This document shows, one piece after another, positions 9,048 through 16,314 of a stretch of 64,000 nt of DNA; within the stretch, counting starts at the first letter, position 1; every line of letters begins with the position of its first letter. Location of the stretch: NCBI GenBank assembly GCA_902798815.1, contig CADBYH010000004.1, positions 9,610 to 73,609 of the forward strand, given 5' to 3'. A program made the translations under genes and the position numbers. The notes below the pieces were generated by a model, which searched no databases, was not told where the DNA came from, and was given only the letters and a program-made list of their open reading frames with translations. This DNA is from an uncultured Erysipelotrichaceae bacterium (GTDB lineage Bacteria > Bacillota_I > Bacilli_A > RF39 > UBA660).

Positions 9048-9128
9048 GTTTTACATCATTTTACAAATATATTTATATAATGGTTATTATAGTATTGTAT
9101 AATTATTTGTTATATGTTATATTTTATT

Positions 9129-9202
9129 TGTGAATAAAAATACGTAGTTATTTTTAGTCATATATCACGCGTTTGATTAAATTATACGCATCTTTATTCA
9201 CA
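9129..9202. repeat. 18-nt imperfect inverted repeat (16/18) flanking a 38-nt spacer
   Basis: TGTGAATAAAAATACGTA (9129-9146) versus TACGCATCTTTATTCACA (9185-9202). Confidence 0.6.
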
Positions 9203-9203
9203 T

Positions 9204-9228
9204 GAAGAGATTACTCTTCTTTTTTTTT
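9204..9228 (+). terminator. orphan intrinsic terminator with no ORF upstream
   Basis: GAAGAG-atta-CTCTTC followed by TTTTTTTTT. It sits between the tRNA terminator and the ABC exporter gene. Confidence 0.65.
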
Positions 9229-9303
9229 GCTTTTTTTTATTAAAATAGTGCGATTTTATTTATTTAATTATAATAATACTAATGGAGGCGAAAGTAATTA
9301 GGA

Positions 9304-11385
9304 GTGAAGGTTGTTTTACAAGATGGTATTAAAGATTGTGGTATTTGTTGTCTTTTATCTATTATTAGATTTTATGGAGGAGATGTATCTAAAGAATATT
9401 TAAGAGAAATAACAAATACAACAAAAGAAGGAGTTAGTTTATATAATTTATTAGATGGTGCAAATAAAATTGGTTTTGAGGCAATAGGATTATCTGGAAA
9501 ACTTGAAGAAATTGATGTAAATAACTTACCATGTATTGCTCATATAAATGTTAATAAATCATTTAAGCACTTTATAGTTATATATAAAATAAATAAAGAT
9601 AAACAACTTGTTACTGTTATGGATCCTGCAAAAGGAAAAAAGATTATCTCTTTTTCTGAATACAATTTATTATCTAGTAATAATTATTTATTCCTGAAAG
9701 TTGTTAATAAATTACCAGTATTAAAAAAAAGAAAAGTAATTTATAGAAATATAAAGACTCTTATTATTAATAATAGATTTTTAATAATTTTTCTATCTAT
9801 ATTAACTTTTAATTATTTTGTTTGTAATATAATAACTTCATTTCATTTTAAATACCTACTCGAATACTCTATAAATTATAATATCTCTGAACAAATATTA
9901 ACATTATGTTTAATAATTAGTGTAATTTATTTTTTTAAGAATATTTTAAATTACTTAAGGAATATTATGCTTAATAAATGGAATTCTTTATTTAGTATTA
10001 GTATTATGCAGGAAACATATAGCCAAATTCTTTTGCTTCCATATTTATTTTTTAAAAATCGAACTACTGGAGAGGTGATATCTAGATTTAGAGATTTAAA
10101 TACTGTTCGCGATTATCTAACAACTTTGTTTTGTACAACAACTACTGATGTTATTTCTATAATTGTTTTTTCTATAATATTAATGGGATATAGTTTTAAA
10201 CTTACAATTATATTTATAATTAATATTTGTGTAATAATTATATATTTATTTATAAGCAATAAATATAAGATTAAAACTATAAAAGATGTCAAAAAAAAAG
10301 AAGATGTTATTAATTCATATTTGATTCAAGGTATTAGTAATGTTGATACTATAAAAGGAAGTCATTTAGAAAAGAGATTTATTGATAAATTTAATATTAA
10401 TTATAAATCTTTTCAGGAAGATGTCTATAAATATAATAATATTAATAATTTTGATGCTTTTATTAGTAATACTATTCATGATTTTATATTTGTCTTTATA
10501 TATGGTATTGGTTCTTATTTAGTTATTAGAGATAAATTATCTTTAAGTAATTTACTTGTCTATCAAACATTAATTGGATTTTATATGAATAGTTTTATAA
10601 ATATTACAAATGTTTTTAGTGGCTATCATACATATAAAGTTTCTCTTGATAGAATAGAGGAGTTATTTATGTTAGATAAAGAAAACTTTAAAAACAATTA
10701 TTTTTATTTACCTTATACATTAGATGGTAAGATTGTTATTAAAAAGCTTAATTATAAAATAGGAACTAAATTATTATTTAATAATTTGTCTGTTGTTATT
10801 GAAAATAAAGAAAAAATACTTTTAGTTGGAGAAAGTGGTAGTGGGAAATCTACTCTCATTAAAATGTTACTTAGGTATATAGAAGTTGATTATGATGTTA
10901 TTAAGATATCTAATATTGATATTAACCATTATCACTTGCAAAATATTAGAGCAAATATTACTTATATAACAGGAAATGAATATTTGTTTAATGATTCAAT
11001 AAGAAATAATATTTGTATGTATAAAGATTATAATGAAGAAGAGATTAAAGTAGTATGTGATATTTGTTTAGTGTCTGATATTTTAAGTTCAAAAAATATC
11101 TCTTTGAATACGATTATTGAAGAAGATGGTTTTGATTTAAGTAATGGAGAAAGACAAAGAATAGTTTTAGCAAGAAGTTTATTAAAAAAAACTAGTATTT
11201 ATATTTTTGATGAGTCTTTATCTGCAATAGATATTAATAGGGAGAAAAAAATATTGGAAAAAATATTCGTATATTTAAAAGATAAAACGGTAATTGTTAT
11301 TTCTCATAGATATAATAATAAAAAGTTATATGATAGAATTTTGAAACTAGAGAATGGAGTATTAAATGAAAGTAAAAAATTATGA
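9304..11385 (+). CDS. peptidase-C39-domain ABC exporter (PCAT; bacteriocin-processing/export, ComA/LagD/SunT type)
   Basis: N-terminal C39 motifs QDGIKDCGICCL (catalytic Cys) and HFIVIYKI...VMDP (His/Asp). Six-TM core. Walker A GESGSGKST, signature LSNGERQR, Walker B IYIFDESLSAID, H-loop VISHR. Confidence 0.9.
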   Translation: MKVVLQDGIKDCGICCLLSIIRFYGGDVSKEYLREITNTTKEGVSLYNLLDGANKIGFEAIGLSGKLEEIDVNNLPCIAHINVNKSFKHFIVIYKINKDKQLVTVMDPAKGKKIISFSEYNLLSSNNYLFLKVVNKLPVLKKRKVIYRNIKTLIINNRFLIIFLSILTFNYFVCNIITSFHFKYLLEYSINYNISEQILTLCLIISVIYFFKNILNYLRNIMLNKWNSLFSISIMQETYSQILLLPYLFFKNRTTGEVISRFRDLNTVRDYLTTLFCTTTTDVISIIVFSIILMGYSFKLTIIFIINICVIIIYLFISNKYKIKTIKDVKKKEDVINSYLIQGISNVDTIKGSHLEKRFIDKFNINYKSFQEDVYKYNNINNFDAFISNTIHDFIFVFIYGIGSYLVIRDKLSLSNLLVYQTLIGFYMNSFINITNVFSGYHTYKVSLDRIEELFMLDKENFKNNYFYLPYTLDGKIVIKKLNYKIGTKLLFNNLSVVIENKEKILLVGESGSGKSTLIKMLLRYIEVDYDVIKISNIDINHYHLQNIRANITYITGNEYLFNDSIRNNICMYKDYNEEEIKVVCDICLVSDILSSKNISLNTIIEEDGFDLSNGERQRIVLARSLLKKTSIYIFDESLSAIDINREKKILEKIFVYLKDKTVIVISHRYNNKKLYDRILKLENGVLNESKKL

Positions 11386-11791
11386 GAAAATGATTTTTAT
11401 GTATATCTTTATTGTTTTTATTATATTTATGGAATTGATATTTTGCATTATTTTGTTTAATAAAAAACAATATAATTATGTTTTATTGTCTGGTGTTGTT
11501 GTGAAGGATGATGTGGTTATTTTAATTGTCTCAAAAGAAGAGAGAAAGATGTTATATCAGAATAGATATTTATATATTGATGATTATAGAAAGAAATTTA
11601 ATATTATTGAGGATAATGGGGTATTGGTAAATGATTATAAAAAAGGATATTATGAGATATTAATAAAAAGTAAGATTAATAATAAATATAAAGATAATGA
11701 TGTGGTATCTATTTCTATAAAAAATAAGAAATATAGATTAATAAATGTTTTTAAACTAATTTGGGATGGTGATATAAATGACGATTATTAG
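11366..11791 (+). CDS. small single-pass membrane protein, possible minimal export accessory protein
   Basis: 141 aa. Start overlaps the exporter stop and its stop overlaps the peptide A start. One N-terminal TM followed by a beta-rich soluble part. Confidence 0.6.
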   Translation: MKVKNYEKMIFMYIFIVFIIFMELIFCIILFNKKQYNYVLLSGVVVKDDVVILIVSKEERKMLYQNRYLYIDDYRKKFNIIEDNGVLVNDYKKGYYEILIKSKINNKYKDNDVVSISIKNKKYRLINVFKLIWDGDINDDY

Positions 11792-11924
11792 TGATGAAAA
11801 ATTAGAAAAGATAAAGGGAGGTGGATCAGCAGCTATATGGATTGGTCTTGGCGTTACAGCACTAATTGTATTTCTTTCTGGCGTTATAGATGGTTTTACT
11901 AATCCAAAAGGTTGTGGAGAATGA
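11778..11924 (+). CDS. double-glycine-leader bacteriocin-like precursor A (48 aa), not in the ORF track
   Basis: MTIISDEKLEKIKGG|GSAAIWIGLGVTALIVFLSGVIDGFTNPKGCGE. The leader has hydrophobic residues at -4, -7, -12 and -15, Ser at -11, and GG at -2/-1. GGTGAT sits upstream of the ATG. Confidence 0.8.
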   Translation: MTIISDEKLEKIKGGGSAAIWIGLGVTALIVFLSGVIDGFTNPKGCGE

Positions 11925-12097
11925 AAAATATTAAGGATGATGAATTAGATAATATAAAAGGTGGACAAGTTGAAAGTGTTTCAGGTCCAATAATAAATGC
12001 AGTTGTAGGAGTGATTAAGGTATTACAAGATGCTGGATATAGTATGGGTTCTGGAATAAGAAGATTAGTTGATAATAATATATGTCCTTTAGATTAG
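11921..12097 (+). CDS. double-glycine-leader bacteriocin-like precursor B (58 aa)
   Basis: MKNIKDDELDNIKGG|QVESVSGPIINAVVGVIKVLQDAGYSMGSGIRRLVDNNICPLD. The ATG overlaps the peptide A stop (ATGA). The track ORF starts 9 nt earlier at a TTG. Confidence 0.8.
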   Translation: MKNIKDDELDNIKGGQVESVSGPIINAVVGVIKVLQDAGYSMGSGIRRLVDNNICPLD

Positions 12098-12105
12098 TAT
12101 ACAAA

Positions 12106-12231
12106 GTGTTATATTTCTTGTTAATCATAATTATTATATTAATAATGCCTATTATTATTAAATATATATTCTATTTTGGTTTTTATGTTGGAATTTTTTT
12201 TAGAAAATGTTGTTTTTTCCTTTTAAAATAA
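12106..12231 (+). CDS. candidate 41-aa hydrophobic peptide (possible immunity protein)
   Basis: GTG-initiated ORF MLYFLLIIIIILIMPIIIKYIFYFGFYVGIFFRKCCFFLLK directly downstream of the peptide genes. No clear RBS. Could be an AT-rich chance ORF. Confidence 0.25.
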   Translation: MLYFLLIIIIILIMPIIIKYIFYFGFYVGIFFRKCCFFLLK

Positions 12232-12251
12232 CAAAAAATGTCGAAAAATGG

Positions 12252-12280
12252 TTGAAAAACCTATAAACATTTGATATAAT
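12252..12280 (+). promoter_or_regulatory. sigma-A promoter for rpsU (TTGAAA-17 nt-TGATATAAT)
   Basis: TTGAAA at 12252-12257 and an extended -10 at 12272-12280. Confidence 0.65.
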
Positions 12281-12312
12281 TCATTTTAGTTAAAGTGAAG
12301 GGAGGGAAATAA

Positions 12313-12516
12313 ATGGCAACTAAAGTAACTGTTAGAGGTAATCTTGATCAAGCTCTAAGAAAGTTCAAACAAAAAGTGGCAAGAGACGGTGTCCCTTCAG
12401 AATGGAAAAAAAGAGAAGCATATGATAAACCAGGGGTTCGTAGAAGAGCAGCAAAAAAAGAAGGAATAAAAAATTCTAGAAAAAGAGATAGAGCAAATAG
12501 AAGTAGAGATAATTAA
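12313..12516 (+). CDS. rpsU: 30S ribosomal protein S21
   Basis: MATKVTVRGNLDQALRKFKQKVARDGV...RR-rich tail. GGGAGGG RBS. Confidence 0.9.
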   Translation: MATKVTVRGNLDQALRKFKQKVARDGVPSEWKKREAYDKPGVRRRAAKKEGIKNSRKRDRANRSRDN

Positions 12517-12530
12517 TATCTCTATTTTTT
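12504..12530 (+). terminator. intrinsic terminator after rpsU
   Basis: TAGAGATA-attaa-TATCTCTA followed by TTTTTT. Confidence 0.65.
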
Positions 12531-12566
12531 AATTATTATGTTATAATGTAGTCAGGAGATGAGAAT

Positions 12567-13004
12567 ATGGTAGAACAATTAGAAAAAGATATGATAACAG
12601 CAATGAAAGAAAAAGATAAGGATAAATTAACTGTAATAAGAATGGTTAAAGCTTCTTTAAAGCAAGAACAAATTGATCATAAAAAAGAGATAAACGATGA
12701 TTTATTAATAGATGTTGTTAATAAACAAATTAAAATGCGTAAAGATTCAATTACAGAATTTGAAAAAGGTGGAAGAACTGATTTAATTGAGAAAACACAA
12801 TCAGAAATAGATGTTTTAATGAAATATTTACCTGAACAATTATCTGAAGAAGAAGTTAATAAAATAATTGATGAAATATTTGAAGAAGTTAAACCAGAAG
12901 GTCAAAAAGATATGGGAAAAGTTATGAAAGAAGCAACTTCAAAATTAAAAGGAAAAGCAGATATGAAAACAGTTTCTTCAATAATTAGAGAAAGATTAAA
13001 TTAA
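12567..13004 (+). CDS. yqeY: GatB/YqeY-domain protein
   Basis: Typical YqeY sequence (L..DMI.AMKEKDK..L.VIRM.K...KQ.QID). Follows rpsU as in Bacillus. Confidence 0.8.
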   Translation: MVEQLEKDMITAMKEKDKDKLTVIRMVKASLKQEQIDHKKEINDDLLIDVVNKQIKMRKDSITEFEKGGRTDLIEKTQSEIDVLMKYLPEQLSEEEVNKIIDEIFEEVKPEGQKDMGKVMKEATSKLKGKADMKTVSSIIRERLN

Positions 13005-13029
13005 AAAGCATATTATATGCTTTTTTTTT
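13004..13029 (+). terminator. intrinsic terminator
   Basis: AAAAGCATA-tta-TATGCTTTT followed by a T-run. Confidence 0.65.
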
Positions 13030-13062
13030 GAAGATAATCATATATTTATATAGGTGATTTTT

Positions 13063-13302
13063 TTGTTAGATAAATTATATAACTTTATAAATAATTCAAA
13101 GTATAAATTAACTATTTATGATAGGGGATTTCACATAATAAATTATGATAAATTAATTAATATTGATGATAATTATATTTCTTTTGTTGCAGATAAAAAA
13201 AGAATTGTTATTAAGGGAAATAATTTATTATTAAAAAAGATTTTGAATAAAGAGTTATTAGTAGAAGGAATTATTAATAGTATAGAGGTTAATAATGATT
13301 GA
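13063..13302 (+). CDS. yqfC: sporulation protein YqfC-like
   Basis: Small protein with the pattern ...HIINYD.LINID.NYISF....KRIVIKGNNLLLKKI...ELLVEGIINSIEV. Lies upstream of yqfD. Start TTG 13063 (AGGTGA RBS) or GTG 13054. Confidence 0.65.
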   Translation: MLDKLYNFINNSKYKLTIYDRGFHIINYDKLINIDDNYISFVADKKRIVIKGNNLLLKKILNKELLVEGIINSIEVNND

Positions 13303-14461
13303 TAATGTTAAAATCAAAATAATATGTAGACATCCAAAGGAATTTGTTGATGAGCTTATTAAGAAAAGAATTAATATTTATGACATTTCAATATATGAAA
13401 AACATATTGAAATTATCATTAATAAGCATGATATAGAAATTGTTGATAAAATCAAATTGATTCATAAATTAGAAATTGTTGATTATTATGGAATAAGTAA
13501 GTTTAAATATTTATTATTAAAATATAAATCTTTAATTATTTTTATATTAATAGGAATATTTATAAATATAATTTTGTCTAATATTATTTTTTTTATAAAG
13601 GTAGATACTTCAAATAAAGAAATAAATAAAATAGTTTTAAATGATTTGAAAGAATTAGGATTGAAAAAATATAATTTCAAATGTTCTAAAAAAAGGATTA
13701 ATAATATAAAAAATAGAATTATGAAAAAAGAAAATAAAAGAATTGAATGGATTGAAATTGAAAACTATGGAACAAAATATATAATTCGGATTCAGGAGAG
13801 AAAAATTGATAAAGAAGATAATAAATGTTATCCAAGAAATATTATTTCTAAGAAAAATGCATTAATTACTAAAATTAATTCTTCTAGTGGAGAAATAATG
13901 AGAAAAAAGAATGATTATGTAGAAAAAGGAGAGCTTTTAATTAGTGGTTTAATCCATAATAAAGATGAAATAGTATCTAAAAAATGTTCTGTTGGTCGTG
14001 TATATGGAGAGGTATGGTATAATGTTAGTTTGGAAATACCAAAGGAATATAAAGTATTAAAAAAATATGATAATCATTCATATGGAATATCTATTAATTT
14101 ATTAAGTAGAAGTATAAATATTAATCATAAATTTATATCATATGAAAAAAATGAGTATAATATAGTAGAGAGTAATTTATTACCTTTGAGTTTTAGTTTT
14201 ACAAAGTATAATAAGATGACTAAAGAGAAGTATTATTTTAATAAAAAAAATGTTGATGATTTTGCAATTAATATGGCTATAAAAACAATAACTAAGAAAT
14301 ATAAAAGTAAAGTAAATGTAATGAAGAAAAAAGTTTTGAAAAAGACTTCAAAAAATAGTAAAATAAAGGTAGATGTATTTCTTGCGATTGAGGAGGATAT
14401 TACTGATTATCAAGATATTTCAGATATAAATATAGAAGAGATGAATAAAGAAAAGGAGTGA
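13295..14461 (+). CDS. yqfD: sporulation protein YqfD-like (stage IV)
   Basis: 388 aa with one central TM. Overlaps the yqfC stop. Synteny yqfC-yqfD. Confidence 0.65.
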   Translation: MIDNVKIKIICRHPKEFVDELIKKRINIYDISIYEKHIEIIINKHDIEIVDKIKLIHKLEIVDYYGISKFKYLLLKYKSLIIFILIGIFINIILSNIIFFIKVDTSNKEINKIVLNDLKELGLKKYNFKCSKKRINNIKNRIMKKENKRIEWIEIENYGTKYIIRIQERKIDKEDNKCYPRNIISKKNALITKINSSSGEIMRKKNDYVEKGELLISGLIHNKDEIVSKKCSVGRVYGEVWYNVSLEIPKEYKVLKKYDNHSYGISINLLSRSININHKFISYEKNEYNIVESNLLPLSFSFTKYNKMTKEKYYFNKKNVDDFAINMAIKTITKKYKSKVNVMKKKVLKKTSKNSKIKVDVFLAIEEDITDYQDISDINIEEMNKEKE

Positions 14462-14465
14462 TTTA

Positions 14466-15068
14466 ATGCTGGGACCACTTACAAATACAATTCATGGAGT
14501 AGTTAATTTTACTTGGCCAATGTTAATAATATCTATTGTTATTATGGTTTCAGTTAGAGTTACATATTTATTTAAAAATCATGAAAAGATAGTTATTTAT
14601 AAAGAACTATTGATGTTGGTTTTTGCAATTTATATTTTGTGCTTGTTCCAAGTAGTTACTTTTCAAGATAATTCGGCCATTTCTGGTAATAATTATGTTC
14701 CTTTTCGAGAAATATTTAGATATAATATTACAAGTCGTTTATTTTATAAAAATGTCATAGGTAATTTGATAATGTTTTTACCATTTGGTTTTTTTATCAG
14801 TTATTATTTAGATACTGATAGAGTTCAATTAACTATTTTACTTGCTTTAGTTGCATCTTCTGCTATTGAGATGGTTCAATCTTTAATAGGAAGAGTATTT
14901 GATATAGATGATATTATTTTAAATTTATTAGGTGCTTTTTTAGGTTTTTTTATATATAAAATCTTTAAAGATATTGGAGAAAAAGTTCCGTTTATATTTA
15001 AAAATGAATGGGTATTAAATGTAATTTCAATTTTATCTTTGATAGGATTATTTATGATATTGGTGTAG
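14466..15068 (+). CDS. VanZ-like family membrane protein
   Basis: NLIMFLPFGFF ... DIDDIILNLLGAFLGFF pattern, 4-5 TM segments. Confidence 0.7.
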   Translation: MLGPLTNTIHGVVNFTWPMLIISIVIMVSVRVTYLFKNHEKIVIYKELLMLVFAIYILCLFQVVTFQDNSAISGNNYVPFREIFRYNITSRLFYKNVIGNLIMFLPFGFFISYYLDTDRVQLTILLALVASSAIEMVQSLIGRVFDIDDIILNLLGAFLGFFIYKIFKDIGEKVPFIFKNEWVLNVISILSLIGLFMILV

Positions 15069-15076
15069 GAGGTATA

Positions 15077-15532
15077 ATGAATAAGATAGAGATTTTTAAT
15101 AATGTTGATACTGATATTAAAGAATTAGATATTGTAGAGAAAGTATTATATAGTGCAATAGAGAAAGAAAATTTAAATAATGTTTCATTTAATTTGATAA
15201 TTGTTGATAATAATTATATTCATGAACTAAATAAAAATTATAGAGGAATTGATAGAGAAACTGATGTTATTACATTTGCACTTGAGGATGAGGATAGTGT
15301 TATTGTTCCTGATGATGAGAGGGTGCTTGGTGATATATATATTTCTATTGATAAGGCAAAATTACAGGCAGAGGAATTTGGACATTCATTATTAAGAGAA
15401 TTATCTTTTTTAGCAGTACATGGTTTTTATCATTTGTTAGGGTATGATCATCAAACTAAAGAAGAAGAAGAAGTTATGTTTAAGAAACAAGAGGAGGTAT
15501 TAGATTCTTATGGGATTAAAAGAGAAGTCTGA
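15077..15532 (+). CDS. ybeY: rRNA maturation endoribonuclease YbeY
   Basis: HGFYHLLGYDH zinc motif. ATG 15077 follows TAGGAGG. Confidence 0.9.
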   Translation: MNKIEIFNNVDTDIKELDIVEKVLYSAIEKENLNNVSFNLIIVDNNYIHELNKNYRGIDRETDVITFALEDEDSVIVPDDERVLGDIYISIDKAKLQAEEFGHSLLRELSFLAVHGFYHLLGYDHQTKEEEEVMFKKQEEVLDSYGIKREV

Positions 15533-15926
15533 TGGTTTGAGAAAGAAAGAAAAAGGTTCTTCTTTAGAGAGATATGCTAGTAGTTTTAAACATGCAATTG
15601 AAGGTTTTATATATGCATTAAGATATGAACATAATATGATAATTATTATTACGTGTGCTATTATTGCTGTTGTATGTGGATTTGTATTTAAAATAGAAGA
15701 GGCAGAATGGTTGTTTGTTCTTACAATGATTGGTACTATTAGTGCTGTTGAAATGGTTAATTCTTCCATAGAGGCAGCAATAGATTTAACAACTACAGAG
15801 ATTCATCCTCTTGCTAAGATTGCAAAGGATACTGCAAGTAGTGCAACACTTATATTATGTATTACATCACTTATAGGTGGATTAATTATATTTATTCCTA
15901 AAATAATGGTTTTAATTGGAGGTTAA
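15510..15926 (+). CDS. dgkA: diacylglycerol/undecaprenol kinase DgkA family
   Basis: SFKHAIEGF...E.N..IH pattern, three TM segments. Synteny ybeY-dgkA-cdd. Confidence 0.8.
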   Translation: MGLKEKSDGLRKKEKGSSLERYASSFKHAIEGFIYALRYEHNMIIIITCAIIAVVCGFVFKIEEAEWLFVLTMIGTISAVEMVNSSIEAAIDLTTTEIHPLAKIAKDTASSATLILCITSLIGGLIIFIPKIMVLIGG

Positions 15927-15927
15927 G

Positions 15928-16314
15928 ATGGTAGAAAAATTAATAGAATTACATAAAAATAGTTATAGTCCTTATTCTAAATATAAAGTTAGTGCTATAG
16001 CAGTTATGAAAGATGGGGTAGAATTCAAAGGAGTTAATGTTGAAAATGCTTCGTATGGTGCAAGTATATGTGCAGAAAGAAGTGCTATATTATCTGCTAT
16101 TAGTAACGGTTATAAAAAGTATGATTTTAAAGAATTACATGTTATGGTTGCATCAGGAGAAGTTGGAATGCCATGTTTTCAATGTAGACAGGTAATTTCG
16201 GAGTTATTTAATAAAGATTGTATTGTTTATTGTTATTCTATAAATGGTGATTGTGAAAAACATACTGTAGAAGAATTATGTCCATATCCTTTTGGAGAGG
16301 ATGATTTAAAATGA
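15928..16314 (+). CDS. cdd: cytidine deaminase
   Basis: Zinc motifs CAERSAI and PCFQCRQ. Confidence 0.9.
   Translation: MVEKLIELHKNSYSPYSKYKVSAIAVMKDGVEFKGVNVENASYGASICAERSAILSAISNGYKKYDFKELHVMVASGEVGMPCFQCRQVISELFNKDCIVYCYSINGDCEKHTVEELCPYPFGEDDLK

Noticed and set aside
9080-9133. Small ORFs in the tRNA-exporter intergenic region (for example the 17-codon MVIIVLYNYLLYVIFYL and the 13-codon MKRLLFFFFCFFY at 9202)
   Set aside because: They have no RBS, their composition is driven by T-runs, and the second is simply the terminator stem and U-tract read as codons.
12098-12250. Minus-strand ORF opposite the region downstream of peptide B as an immunity gene
   Set aside because: The only minus-strand frame (beginning MINKKYNTLYT...) runs back into the peptide B coding region and has no RBS, so it is considered spurious.
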